From Armatimonadota bacterium (GTDB lineage Bacteria; Sysuimicrobiota; Sysuimicrobiia; Sysuimicrobiales; Sysuimicrobiaceae), in contig JANXCW010000001.1 in assembly GCA_025059775.1 (NCBI GenBank), forward strand, positions 65,588 to 129,587: a DNA stretch of 64,000 nt, read 5' to 3'. A model generated the notes under the pieces. That model did not search any database, was not told the DNA's origin, and saw nothing but the letters and a program-made list of their open reading frames with translations. Within the stretch, counting starts at the first letter, position 1; each line of letters opens with the position of its first letter. Both the position numbers and the translations under genes were made by a program. This document shows, piece by piece, positions 25,489 through 33,762 of the stretch.

Positions 25489-26813
25489 CCCCCCACCTCC
25501 CACCGCCGCGACCTCCGTACCCACCACACCACACCGAGACCCAACAGGGCGACCCCCAGGCCGTGGACGGCGAAGGCGGCCGAGCGCTTCTCCTCGAGGA
25601 ACTCCGGGGGTACCGTGGGGTGCACGAGCGGCTTGGGATCCACCAGCACCTGGTGGGGAGCGAACAGGGGGAATGCGCGGGAGGCCAGTTCCACCGCCTG
25701 CAGGCCGGGACTCGCGTGGAGCAGGCCCGCGGCGGGCACGTTCTCCGATGCGGACTCGAACCACCGTCGCAGGCGGAAGGGGAGTTCTCCAACCCCATCC
25801 CCGTCCAGATCCACCCCCGCGTACTCGTCCCAGGAGTTCCTCTCCCACCGGTTGCGAGCACTCGCCCCGCCCTCCACGCGCAACGTCTCCCGGTTCACCG
25901 CAAAGGTGTTCTGGGTGAAGATGTTGCCCGAGGCGTTGGTGAGGAGGAGCAGGCCGACCGCGTTCCCGGCCACCACGTTCCCCTCGAATCGTCCGCGCCC
26001 TTCTCCTCCCATGGGGGTGGCGTCCAGGTACAGCCCCACGTGGTTCCCCACCAGCGCGTTGGCGCGCACCTGTACCTCGTCCGACTCCTTGAAGGCCAGG
26101 CCCACCCCCGGCACGTCCCGGTTGTGGAGGAAGCGGTTCCCCTCCACCCGGACGCCCGCGCTGTACATGACGTACGCGCCCACGGCGTTCCCCTCCAGGG
26201 TGCTGTCCAGCAGAGGCGTGCGGTGCGCGTACATGTAGTGCACGCCGTACCGGGAGTTGCGGACGCGCAGCCGGTGCAGCACCGACCCCTCCGTGAACCA
26301 CAGCAGGACGTCCCGCATGCTCTCCACGTCAAGATCCGTGAGGACGACCCGCTGGCTGTACCACAGCCGCACCGCGTCCCCCCGCCGGTTCAGCGGCAGG
26401 GGCTTTCCGGAGAGCCGCACCCGCCGCACCACGGCCCCGTCCGCCTGCTTGAGGTTCAGGCCGAACAGCACGTCCTCCAGCACCAGGTCTTCCAGCACCA
26501 CCCCAGCAGCGCCCACGAACACCCCCGCGTCCTCCGTGTTCAGCTCGGAGCCGCTGGCTCGGATGCGCAGCCGGCCCAGGTACACACCCGGTGCTTCGAT
26601 CCGCACCACGGTCCCCTCTCCGCCCCCGTCCACCACCGCTCCGGGCTCTCCCACGATCCGCAGCGGCTTGCGCACCACCACCGGACCCCGCACCACCCCC
26701 CGGACCACCACCTCCGAGCCCGCGGGAGCCGCGTCCACCAGAACCTGCAGGCTCGGCACAGACCCCGCCGCGGGCAGCACGGCCAACGGCAGAACCACCC
26801 ACAGCCAGCTCAA
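25485..26813 (-). CDS. nosD: NosD periplasmic copper-insertion protein
   Basis: Beta-helix repeats, RGDAVRLWYS, RYGVHYMY, N.WDEY.G.DLDGDGVG and LVDPKPL. TTG start. Confidence 0.92.
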   Translation of the reverse strand: MSWLWVVLPLAVLPAAGSVPSLQVLVDAAPAGSEVVVRGVVRGPVVVRKPLRIVGEPGAVVDGGGEGTVVRIEAPGVYLGRLRIRASGSELNTEDAGVFVGAAGVVLEDLVLEDVLFGLNLKQADGAVVRRVRLSGKPLPLNRRGDAVRLWYSQRVVLTDLDVESMRDVLLWFTEGSVLHRLRVRNSRYGVHYMYAHRTPLLDSTLEGNAVGAYVMYSAGVRVEGNRFLHNRDVPGVGLAFKESDEVQVRANALVGNHVGLYLDATPMGGEGRGRFEGNVVAGNAVGLLLLTNASGNIFTQNTFAVNRETLRVEGGASARNRWERNSWDEYAGVDLDGDGVGELPFRLRRWFESASENVPAAGLLHASPGLQAVELASRAFPLFAPHQVLVDPKPLVHPTVPPEFLEEKRSAAFAVHGLGVALLGLGVVWWVRRSRRWEVGG

Positions 26814-27424
26814 CGGGCCGCCACCTCCGCGGGCCCCGCTACAGGTCGCGCCCGCTCCGCCCGCGGCTGCCTACAGTACAGGTCGCACAGCGCCACCAGA
26901 CTTGCCAGCAGCGCCAAGTAGAAGCCCACGTGGAAGGTGGCCACGGTCCGGAACTGGGCGATCACGCCGCTGCCCAGGACCACTGGCATGAAGGGCTCCA
27001 GGCGGATCGGGGCTGCGGGATCCATGGAGTGGCCGTAGTACCACAGCCAGGCGCTCAGGTCCGCGAAAAAGCCCAGGGGGAACAGCACGAGGGGCAACCG
27101 CAGCAGCCAGCGCCAGGGTTCTCGCTGGGTGCCCGAGGCCACCGCCAGCGCTCCGAACAGCAGTACCAAGGGCACCGCCATCGCCCGCTCCACGGGCGCT
27201 GCGTCCTCCAGGGGCTTCATGCCGATGTAGTGGTTCAGAGTGCTGATCTCCTCCGCGTCCCCCGCCACGTGGGTCAGGTAGACCATCGCCCGCAGACCCC
27301 CGGGGTACTGGGGCGCGTACAGGCTCAGCTGCCAGTACGGAAAGAACAAGGAGGCCGCCAGCAGCCCGGCCGCCACCAGCAGCCACCGGACCCCACCTCC
27401 GCGTCTCCCTCTCTCACCGTTCAA
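26810..27424 (-). CDS. nosB: NosB-like membrane protein of clade II nos clusters
   Basis: W.L.L.APQYP.GL...GD..EI..LNHYIGM motif, directly downstream of nosZ. GGAGGT RBS before a TTG start. Confidence 0.8.
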   Translation of the reverse strand: MNGERGRRGGGVRWLLVAAGLLAASLFFPYWQLSLYAPQYPGGLRAMVYLTHVAGDAEEISTLNHYIGMKPLEDAAPVERAMAVPLVLLFGALAVASGTQREPWRWLLRLPLVLFPLGFFADLSAWLWYYGHSMDPAAPIRLEPFMPVVLGSGVIAQFRTVATFHVGFYLALLASLVALCDLYCRQPRAERARPVAGPAEVAAR

Positions 27425-27443
27425 CTGCGTACCTCCCAGAACC

Positions 27444-27473
27444 GCTGGGGGCGGGCAAAAGCCCGCCCCCAGC
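27444..27473 (-). repeat. Perfect 13-bp stem-loop between nosZ and nosB, with no U-tract in the sense direction
   Basis: GCTGGGGGCGGGC-AAAA-GCCCGCCCCCAGC. Confidence 0.85.
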
Positions 27474-27481
27474 TTCCTCCC

Positions 27482-29458
27482 CTACGGCTCGATCTCCAGG
27501 TAGCCCATCATCTCCAGGTGCAGCGCGGAGCAGAACTCCGTGCAGTAGAAGGGGTACACGCCCGGCCGCTCTGCCCGCAGAACCACCGTCTCCGTCTTCC
27601 CGGGTTCCAGGCTCAGGTTCACGTTGTGCCGGTCGATGGCGAACCCGTGGATCGCGTCCTTCGTCCGTTCCACATTCGTCAGATGGAAGATCACCGTGTC
27701 GCCCCGCTTCACCCGCACCCGATCCGGTACGAAGTGGCTCCTGAGGACGGTCATATACACCCGTACCGTCCGCCCCTCCCGCACGATCCGGGACTGTCCG
27801 GGCTTCGTCGCGTGTGGGTCGGGCCGCATGGTCCGCGGGTTGGTGCCCGTCGGGTACACCTCCCACGGCCGCAGCCGGTCCATCCGGATGATCTGCGCCA
27901 GGTGCGGCTCCCCGATCCCGATGGGCATGTTGTACAGCAGCTTCATCTCGTCCCCGCTGATGTCGATCAGCTGGAAGTTCTGCGGCAGTAGCGGTCCGAC
28001 GTTCTTGTACTGGTCCACGGACCACTTGTTGAGAGCCACCAGGTACTTGCCGCCCGGCTTCACCGTGTCACCCTCCACTGCGGTCAGGTGGCCGATGTTG
28101 TACTGGACCGGCAGCTTCTGCACCAGCTTCCACCCACGGTCTGCCGGGTTGTATGGCGGCCCCAAGGTCCACTTGGCGACCGCGCTGTCCAGGAACAGGC
28201 TGGTGTACGCGTTCCCCTTGTCGTCGAACATCGTGTGGAGCGGCCCCAAGCCCAGCTTCACCTGAGCCGCCACAACCGCGTCGAACTTCAGGATGGGTAC
28301 CCCGTAGTCGTCCCGACCAGCGAACGCCTTGTTGCGGATGGCTTCCTGGATCTTCCGGAAGCTGTAGACGGTGACGTTGGGGTCCAACTTGCCGCCCACC
28401 ACGATGTAGTCGCCCCGTGGGGCCACATCCAGCCCATGGGGGCTCTTCGGCTCCGGCGCCAGGTACAGGATGCCTGCTTCCACCGCGTCCCGCAGCCGGA
28501 TCACCTTCATCCCGTTGACCACGGTGTACCGGCCCTGGGCCACGAGCTGCTCGGCCCGCCTCCAGTTCACGATGTGCAGGTAGTCCATGTCCCGGGCCGA
28601 CGCACCCACCTCGATGGGCGGCCTCTTCTCGAGGGTACCCCCGATCGCCCGCTCACTGTTGAAGGAGTTCCAGAACGCCCACCCGTCGCTCTCGAGCTTG
28701 CCGAAGTCCGCCAGGTCCTGCCAGTAGGGCGGGAGTTCAATCTGGAAAGACTTACCGACGTCGATGCGCCCGGTCCCCCGGTCGAACTTCCAGAAGGTCG
28801 CGAGTCCCCGGTAGTGCCGGTTGTAGTTCTCCTGCGTGAGCGGCACGTACCGGAAGGGGAAGGGCGCCGCGTACTGGGTCACCTCCAGCACGTACTCCGT
28901 GTTGGGGCTCACCACGGCACCGTGGTTGCTCACCGCATTGGGGTTGGTGACGATCTGCTTGGTGGCGAAGTCCCGGAGGTCGATGACCGCGATGCGGCTA
29001 CCCGCCTTGTCGTTGATGAACAGCCACTTGCCGTCGTACTCCCCGTTGGTCTCGCTCAGGGCCGGGTGGTGGGTGTCCCCCCACGCCAACCGTGGATCCT
29101 TGCTCCTCCACCCGAGGATGGTCTCGGTTTCCTCGGAGCCCACCCCGTACCCCTGCCAGGGTTCCGGGGCGAACACGCCGATCACCCGCAACAGCCGCAT
29201 GGAGGGGATTCCGATTACCAGGACCTGTCCGCCCTGCCCGGCCGACGAGAACATCAGGTACTCGTCGTGCTTGCCGGGAGGCACGTACGTCTGGATAGCC
29301 GCCCGGACCTGGTCCGGGGTCAACCCCTTGGCCTCGATGAGGCTCTGCACGTCTTGGGGCAGGGTTCCTGCCCGCTGGGCCTGCCCTGCCAGGGAGACCC
29401 CCAGCACCACCGCCGTGGTCACCGCCACGAGCCCGATGAGAGTCCTCTCCCACTTCAT
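27482..29458 (-). CDS. nosZ: Nitrous-oxide reductase, clade II (Sec-dependent)
   Basis: Sec-type signal with no twin Arg. CuZ His motifs DTHH, NHG, PHG, GPLH, IGH and EPH. CuA motifs IHGF and CTEFCSALHLEM. Confidence 0.96.
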   Translation of the reverse strand: MKWERTLIGLVAVTTAVVLGVSLAGQAQRAGTLPQDVQSLIEAKGLTPDQVRAAIQTYVPPGKHDEYLMFSSAGQGGQVLVIGIPSMRLLRVIGVFAPEPWQGYGVGSEETETILGWRSKDPRLAWGDTHHPALSETNGEYDGKWLFINDKAGSRIAVIDLRDFATKQIVTNPNAVSNHGAVVSPNTEYVLEVTQYAAPFPFRYVPLTQENYNRHYRGLATFWKFDRGTGRIDVGKSFQIELPPYWQDLADFGKLESDGWAFWNSFNSERAIGGTLEKRPPIEVGASARDMDYLHIVNWRRAEQLVAQGRYTVVNGMKVIRLRDAVEAGILYLAPEPKSPHGLDVAPRGDYIVVGGKLDPNVTVYSFRKIQEAIRNKAFAGRDDYGVPILKFDAVVAAQVKLGLGPLHTMFDDKGNAYTSLFLDSAVAKWTLGPPYNPADRGWKLVQKLPVQYNIGHLTAVEGDTVKPGGKYLVALNKWSVDQYKNVGPLLPQNFQLIDISGDEMKLLYNMPIGIGEPHLAQIIRMDRLRPWEVYPTGTNPRTMRPDPHATKPGQSRIVREGRTVRVYMTVLRSHFVPDRVRVKRGDTVIFHLTNVERTKDAIHGFAIDRHNVNLSLEPGKTETVVLRAERPGVYPFYCTEFCSALHLEMMGYLEIEP

Positions 29459-29943
29459 CTCCCTTCACCTCCCTTGCGTTCGTTCGTTTCGGACCCGGGA
29501 AGCCAGAAGGGACTCCGAAGCTCCGGGGGATCCCGGGCCCACCAGGGTTCCAGAAGGGCGTCCAGGGTGATCCGACCCAGGGCCTCTACCAGCTGCGGCC
29601 GCACGCCCGCCCACACCGGGTGCAGCACGCACGGCCGGTCCTCCGAACAGCGGCTATCCCAGAACACGCACCGCCGGAAATAGTCCGGGCCCTCCACCGC
29701 CTCCAGAACCTCCCGAACGGAGATCTCGCGGGGAGAGCGGGTGAGGGCGTATCCGCGGCTGCGGCCCCGGGAGGAGCGCAGCAGCCCCAAGCGCACCAAC
29801 CGTCGCAGGGTCTTGCTCAGGAACTCCCGGGGAAGCCCGCAGGCCTGCGCTACCCGCGAGGCCGGGGCCGCTTCTCCTCCCGAAAGCCCCGCGAGGTAGC
29901 TGAGAGCCCGCAGCGCGTACTCCGTCTCCCGGGTCAGACGCAC
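29455..29943 (-). CDS. Rrf2-family regulator with a three-Cys Fe-S motif
   Basis: TEYALRAL, L.K.LRRL, S.RGR..GY.L and C-x6-C-x5-C-x2-H. Stop codon overlaps the nosZ ATG (ATGA). Confidence 0.88.
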   Translation of the reverse strand: MRLTRETEYALRALSYLAGLSGGEAAPASRVAQACGLPREFLSKTLRRLVRLGLLRSSRGRSRGYALTRSPREISVREVLEAVEGPDYFRRCVFWDSRCSEDRPCVLHPVWAGVRPQLVEALGRITLDALLEPWWARDPPELRSPFWLPGSETNERKGGEGR

Positions 29944-30287
29944 GACGCACTCCGAAAACGACTCCGCCGGTCCAAGGCCTCCCGGGGCCACAGGTCCAGC
30001 GGATCTTTTGGATCCGATGCCACGGTAAGGGCTGACGGGCCCCACCGCCATCCGACGGGGAACCGATTTCCCAAGGGAGCGAGAATCCGACGCGGGACCG
30101 ATCCTCCATGCCCGCGGGATCTCATGGACCTTCCCGGATCCGGCATAAGGCGGACAGATCCATCCTCCACCCGAGGGGGAAATCGGGTCCGCACCGGATG
30201 CCCGAATTCCGGAGCCCATGAGAGAAGTGGTGCGTAAGCCCGCGCCTGAAGGGGGGGCGCGGGCTAGTGTGCTTGCCGGAGGAAGGT

Positions 30288-30947
30288 ATGCTCGTCCAAG
30301 ATGTGATGACCGCGAACCCGGTGACCACGGCCCCGCAGGCACCCCTACAGGAGGCCCTGGAGCAGATGCAGAGCCTTCGGGTTCGTCATCTCCCCGTGGT
30401 CTGGGGCAACCGGCTGGTGGGCGTGGTGACGTGGACGGACATCCTGCGGGCAGCCCTTCCGCCCCTGGCGTCCGGGGAAGCGGACCGCCCTCCTGTCCTT
30501 CCGCACAATCTCACGGTTTCCGAGGTGATGACCCGCGAGGTGATCACCATCTCCCCGCAAGCCACGGTGGAGGAGGCGGCGACCCTCCTGCGCCGGCACC
30601 GAATCGGTTGCCTTCCCGTGCTGGATCGGGAACAGCTGGTGGGAATCGTTACCAAGAGCGATCTCTTCGACGCCCTGGTCTACCTGCGGGGCGGAGATCT
30701 GGACGGCGTCCGGCTGTCCGTGGCCCTGCCGGGAGGGCTGGAGGATCTCCATCGCCTGGTGCAGGCCCTCCGGACCCTGCAGCCGAACCGCTGGGGACTT
30801 GTCCTTTCCGTGCGCCTGGATGGGATGATTAAGCGGGCGGATCTGTGCGCTACAAATGTCCCACCCCTGGTGCTCGCGGAACACCTGGCTGCGGCGGGGC
30901 TCCACCCCTTCCATCTCCGGTTCCGGGTACCCACCAAGTCCCGGTGA
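30288..30947 (+). CDS. CBS-domain pair protein with an ACT-like C-terminus (AcuB-like)
   Basis: V.DVMT.NP, RHLPVV, IGCLPV and GIVTKSD motifs. Confidence 0.85.
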   Translation: MLVQDVMTANPVTTAPQAPLQEALEQMQSLRVRHLPVVWGNRLVGVVTWTDILRAALPPLASGEADRPPVLPHNLTVSEVMTREVITISPQATVEEAATLLRRHRIGCLPVLDREQLVGIVTKSDLFDALVYLRGGDLDGVRLSVALPGGLEDLHRLVQALRTLQPNRWGLVLSVRLDGMIKRADLCATNVPPLVLAEHLAAAGLHPFHLRFRVPTKSR

Positions 30948-31081
30948 GGTCCTCCACCGGGACGGGCTGTGAAACAGGCAGGGGTCCTTCCTGGATCAAC
31001 CCAATGGCTGAGGAAATATGAGATGCCTGGCGCATTTCCCGTCCGAGGGCTGCCCGGGGAATTCGGGACGGACCAGACCTC

Positions 31082-31369
31082 ATGACCCCGTCCGCGCGCC
31101 CCGTGCCCTTCGTCCGCACTCCGCTGAACGCCCGTGGCGTGCGGATCCCGAAGGGTCGGGTGTACACCCTTCCGGAACGGTGCAAGGGCTGCCGATCCTG
31201 CATTGAGTTCTGTCCCAGGGAGGCCCTCATGGAATCCTCTTCCATGAACTCCAAGGGCTACCACTACCCTGTGGTGCAGCCGGGCAGGGAAGAGGATTGG
31301 GTGCACTGCGGGTTCTGCACCGTCATCTGCCCGGAGTTCGCCATCTACACCGTGGAGGTGTCTGCTTGA
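31082..31369 (+). pseudogene. korD: 2-oxoacid:ferredoxin oxidoreductase delta (ferredoxin) subunit, probably damaged
   Basis: CKGCRSCIEFCP is intact. The second cluster reads WVHCGFC..ICP, so the first Cys is replaced by Trp. Confidence 0.7.
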
Positions 31370-32549
31370 AGGGCAGGCGCGTCCTCACGGGCCGACACTT
31401 CATGATGGGAGATGTAGCCTGCGCGGAAGGGGCCCTGGCTGCCGGCTGCACCTTCTTCGCAGGGTATCCCATCACCCCCTCCACGGAGATCGCGGAGCGC
31501 CTGGCCCTGCGCCTTCCGGAGGTAGGGGGACACTACATCCAGATGGAGGACGAGCTTGCCGGCATGGCGGCCGTCGTCGGCGCATCCTGGGCCGGGACTA
31601 AGGCCATGACCGCTACTTCCTGCCCAGGGTTCAGCCTGATGATGGAGAACCTGGGGCTTGCCGTGATGATGGAGGCACCCTGCGTGGTGGTGAATATCCA
31701 GCGCGGCAGCCCGTCCACCGGCCTGCCGACCCTGACCGGGCAGGGCGACGTGATGCAAGCCAAGTGGGGCTCCCACGGGGACTACGAGATCGTTGCCTAC
31801 GCGCCGTCTACCTGCCAGGAGATGTTCGACCTCACCGTCCGGGCGTTCAACGTGGCGGAGCGGTTCCGCAACCCTGTGATACTCCTGGCAGATGAGGTGG
31901 TGGGGCACATGACGGATCGGGTGGTGATCCCCCGGAAGAGGCTATCGAACGGTGGGAGCGGCCCCGCCCCACGGTGCCTCCGGGCGAGCTGTGGTTCCCC
32001 TTCGCGGCCGACGGGGACCTGGTCCCGCCCATGCCGCGCGCGGGGGAAGGCTACCGGGTCTACGTAGAGAGCCTCGCCCACGACGAGCGCGGGTACCCCG
32101 TGATGAGTCCCGAGGCACACGGTCGGCTCGTGCGCCGGCTCAACGAGAGGCTCCGCCGGGCCTACCACCAGCTCGTGGACTACGAACTCCTGGCGGCGGA
32201 GGACGCGGAGGTGGTGGTCGCCTATGGATCCACCGCCCGCTCCGCGCGCCACGCGGTGCGTCTCGCCAGGAAGGACGGGATGCGGGTGGGGCTGCTGCGA
32301 CCCATCACCCTTTGGCCCTTCTCCGGCCACGTGGTGGAGGAGCTGTCGGCTCGCGTGCGGGCCTTCGTGGTGGCCGAGCTGAACCTCGGCCAGGTGATCC
32401 GGGAGGTGGAGCGGTTTACGGACCGGCCCGTCTACGGGGCCGACCACGCGGGCGGGATGATGATGCCACCGGAACTCATCCTGCCCTCGATCGAGGAGGC
32501 CTACCGGGATGCCCAGGGAAGCCGTCGCCGATACACACCCGCTCGATGA
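31366..32549 (+). pseudogene. korA: 2-oxoacid:ferredoxin oxidoreductase alpha subunit, frameshifted
   Basis: AGYPITPSTEI, QMEDE and QRGSPSTG motifs. A -1 frameshift in the C-run at about 31929-31933 splits the protein across two ORFs. Confidence 0.88.
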
Positions 32550-33240
32550 GGTCCTCCGGTCAGACCGCCTTCCGCACATCTGGTGCCCGGGGTGCGGCCT
32601 AGGGACGGTGCTCGGTTGCTTCGCCCGGGCCATGGTGGCCTCGGGCATCCCCCTGGACCGGCACGTGGTGGTCTCGGGCATCGGCTGCACCGGCCGGGCC
32701 GCGGGCTACCTCAACGTGGATGGCTTCCACACCCGCAACATGGATCTGAACGTGATCTGCGTCAACAACTTCAACTACGGGATGACCGGGGGCCAGCTCG
32801 GCCCCACCACCCCGCAGGGCGCCATCACCACCACCTCCCCCTACGGCTTTCCCGAGGAGCCTTTCAACCTCCCCCGGCTGCTGACCGCTTGCGGGGCCGT
32901 GTTCGTGGCCCGGTGGACGTGCCTCCACGTGCGCCAGCTGGAGGCCACCATGGTCCGCGCCCTGCGGAAGCGGGGATTCCGCTTCATCGAGGTCCTCGCC
33001 CCGTGTCCTGTGGGATTCGGACGGCCCAACGACCTGGGCGAGGGCATCGACGAGCTGTGGTTCTACCGGCGCCAGGCGGACTACGACCCCCAGGCGGCCC
33101 TGGAGAGGCTGGAGATCCGCATGCGCAAGGACTCGAAGATCGTGTGGGGGGTGTTCGTGGACACTGAGCGCCCCACTTACATGGATCGGTACCGGGAGTA
33201 CGTGCTCCGCAAGGTCCAGGAAGGTCCCGGTGCGGCGTGA
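32509..33240 (+). pseudogene. korB: 2-oxoacid:ferredoxin oxidoreductase beta subunit with an in-frame deletion of the TPP-binding GDGD segment
   Basis: WCPGCG, SGIGC, then FHT joined directly to RNMD...NN..YGMTGGQ at about 32733. Confidence 0.85.
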
Positions 33241-33754
33241 GGTGCGCCTCAGCGGGTTCGGCGGCCAGGGCATCGTGCTGGCGAGGTATATCCTCGGCAA
33301 GGCCGCGGCGGTCTACGAGGGTCTGAAGGCAACCCTGGTCCAGTCGTACGGCCCAGAGGCCCGGGGCTGAGCTGCCAGCGCGGCGGTGATCATCGCGGAC
33401 GAGCCCATCGAGTACCCCCACATCGAGCAACCGGACATCCTCGTGCTCATGTCCGCGGAGGCCTACCACACCTACCGGCGTTCCCTGCGACCTGGCGGCA
33501 TTCTGCTGGCGGATCGGGATCTGGTCCCCCTGCAGGCCGAGGACCGGGCCCTCGCGGTCCCCGCCACGCGCCTTGCGGAGTCCCTGGGCCGCCGCATCGT
33601 GGCCAACATGGTGATGCTGGGCGCCCTGGTGGCCGCCACCGGCATCGTGCGCAAGGAATCCCTGGAGGAGGCGGTACGGACGTCGGTGCGGGCCCACACG
33701 GTGGCGTTGAACCTGCAGGCCGTAGAGGTGGGATACCGGTCCGTGCGGGAGTGA
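33230..33754 (+). pseudogene. korC: 2-oxoacid:ferredoxin oxidoreductase gamma subunit with a premature stop
   Basis: SGFGGQG...QSYGPEARG-TGA (33368-33370, at a conserved Gly), continuing in frame as AASAAVII...RIVANMVMLG. Confidence 0.85.
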
Positions 33755-33762
33755 GTGGCGCC

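Noticed and set aside
29944-30287. Definite Rrf2 operator upstream of rrf2-nosZ
   Set aside because: Several short GGAT/ATCC inverted repeats exist, but they are too weak in GC-rich DNA to call as a feature.
33368-33370. In-frame TGA in the OFOR gamma subunit as selenocysteine or readthrough
   Set aside because: It falls at a conserved Gly (GGA to TGA) of YGPEARGG rather than a Cys position, and the surrounding operon is full of other lesions.
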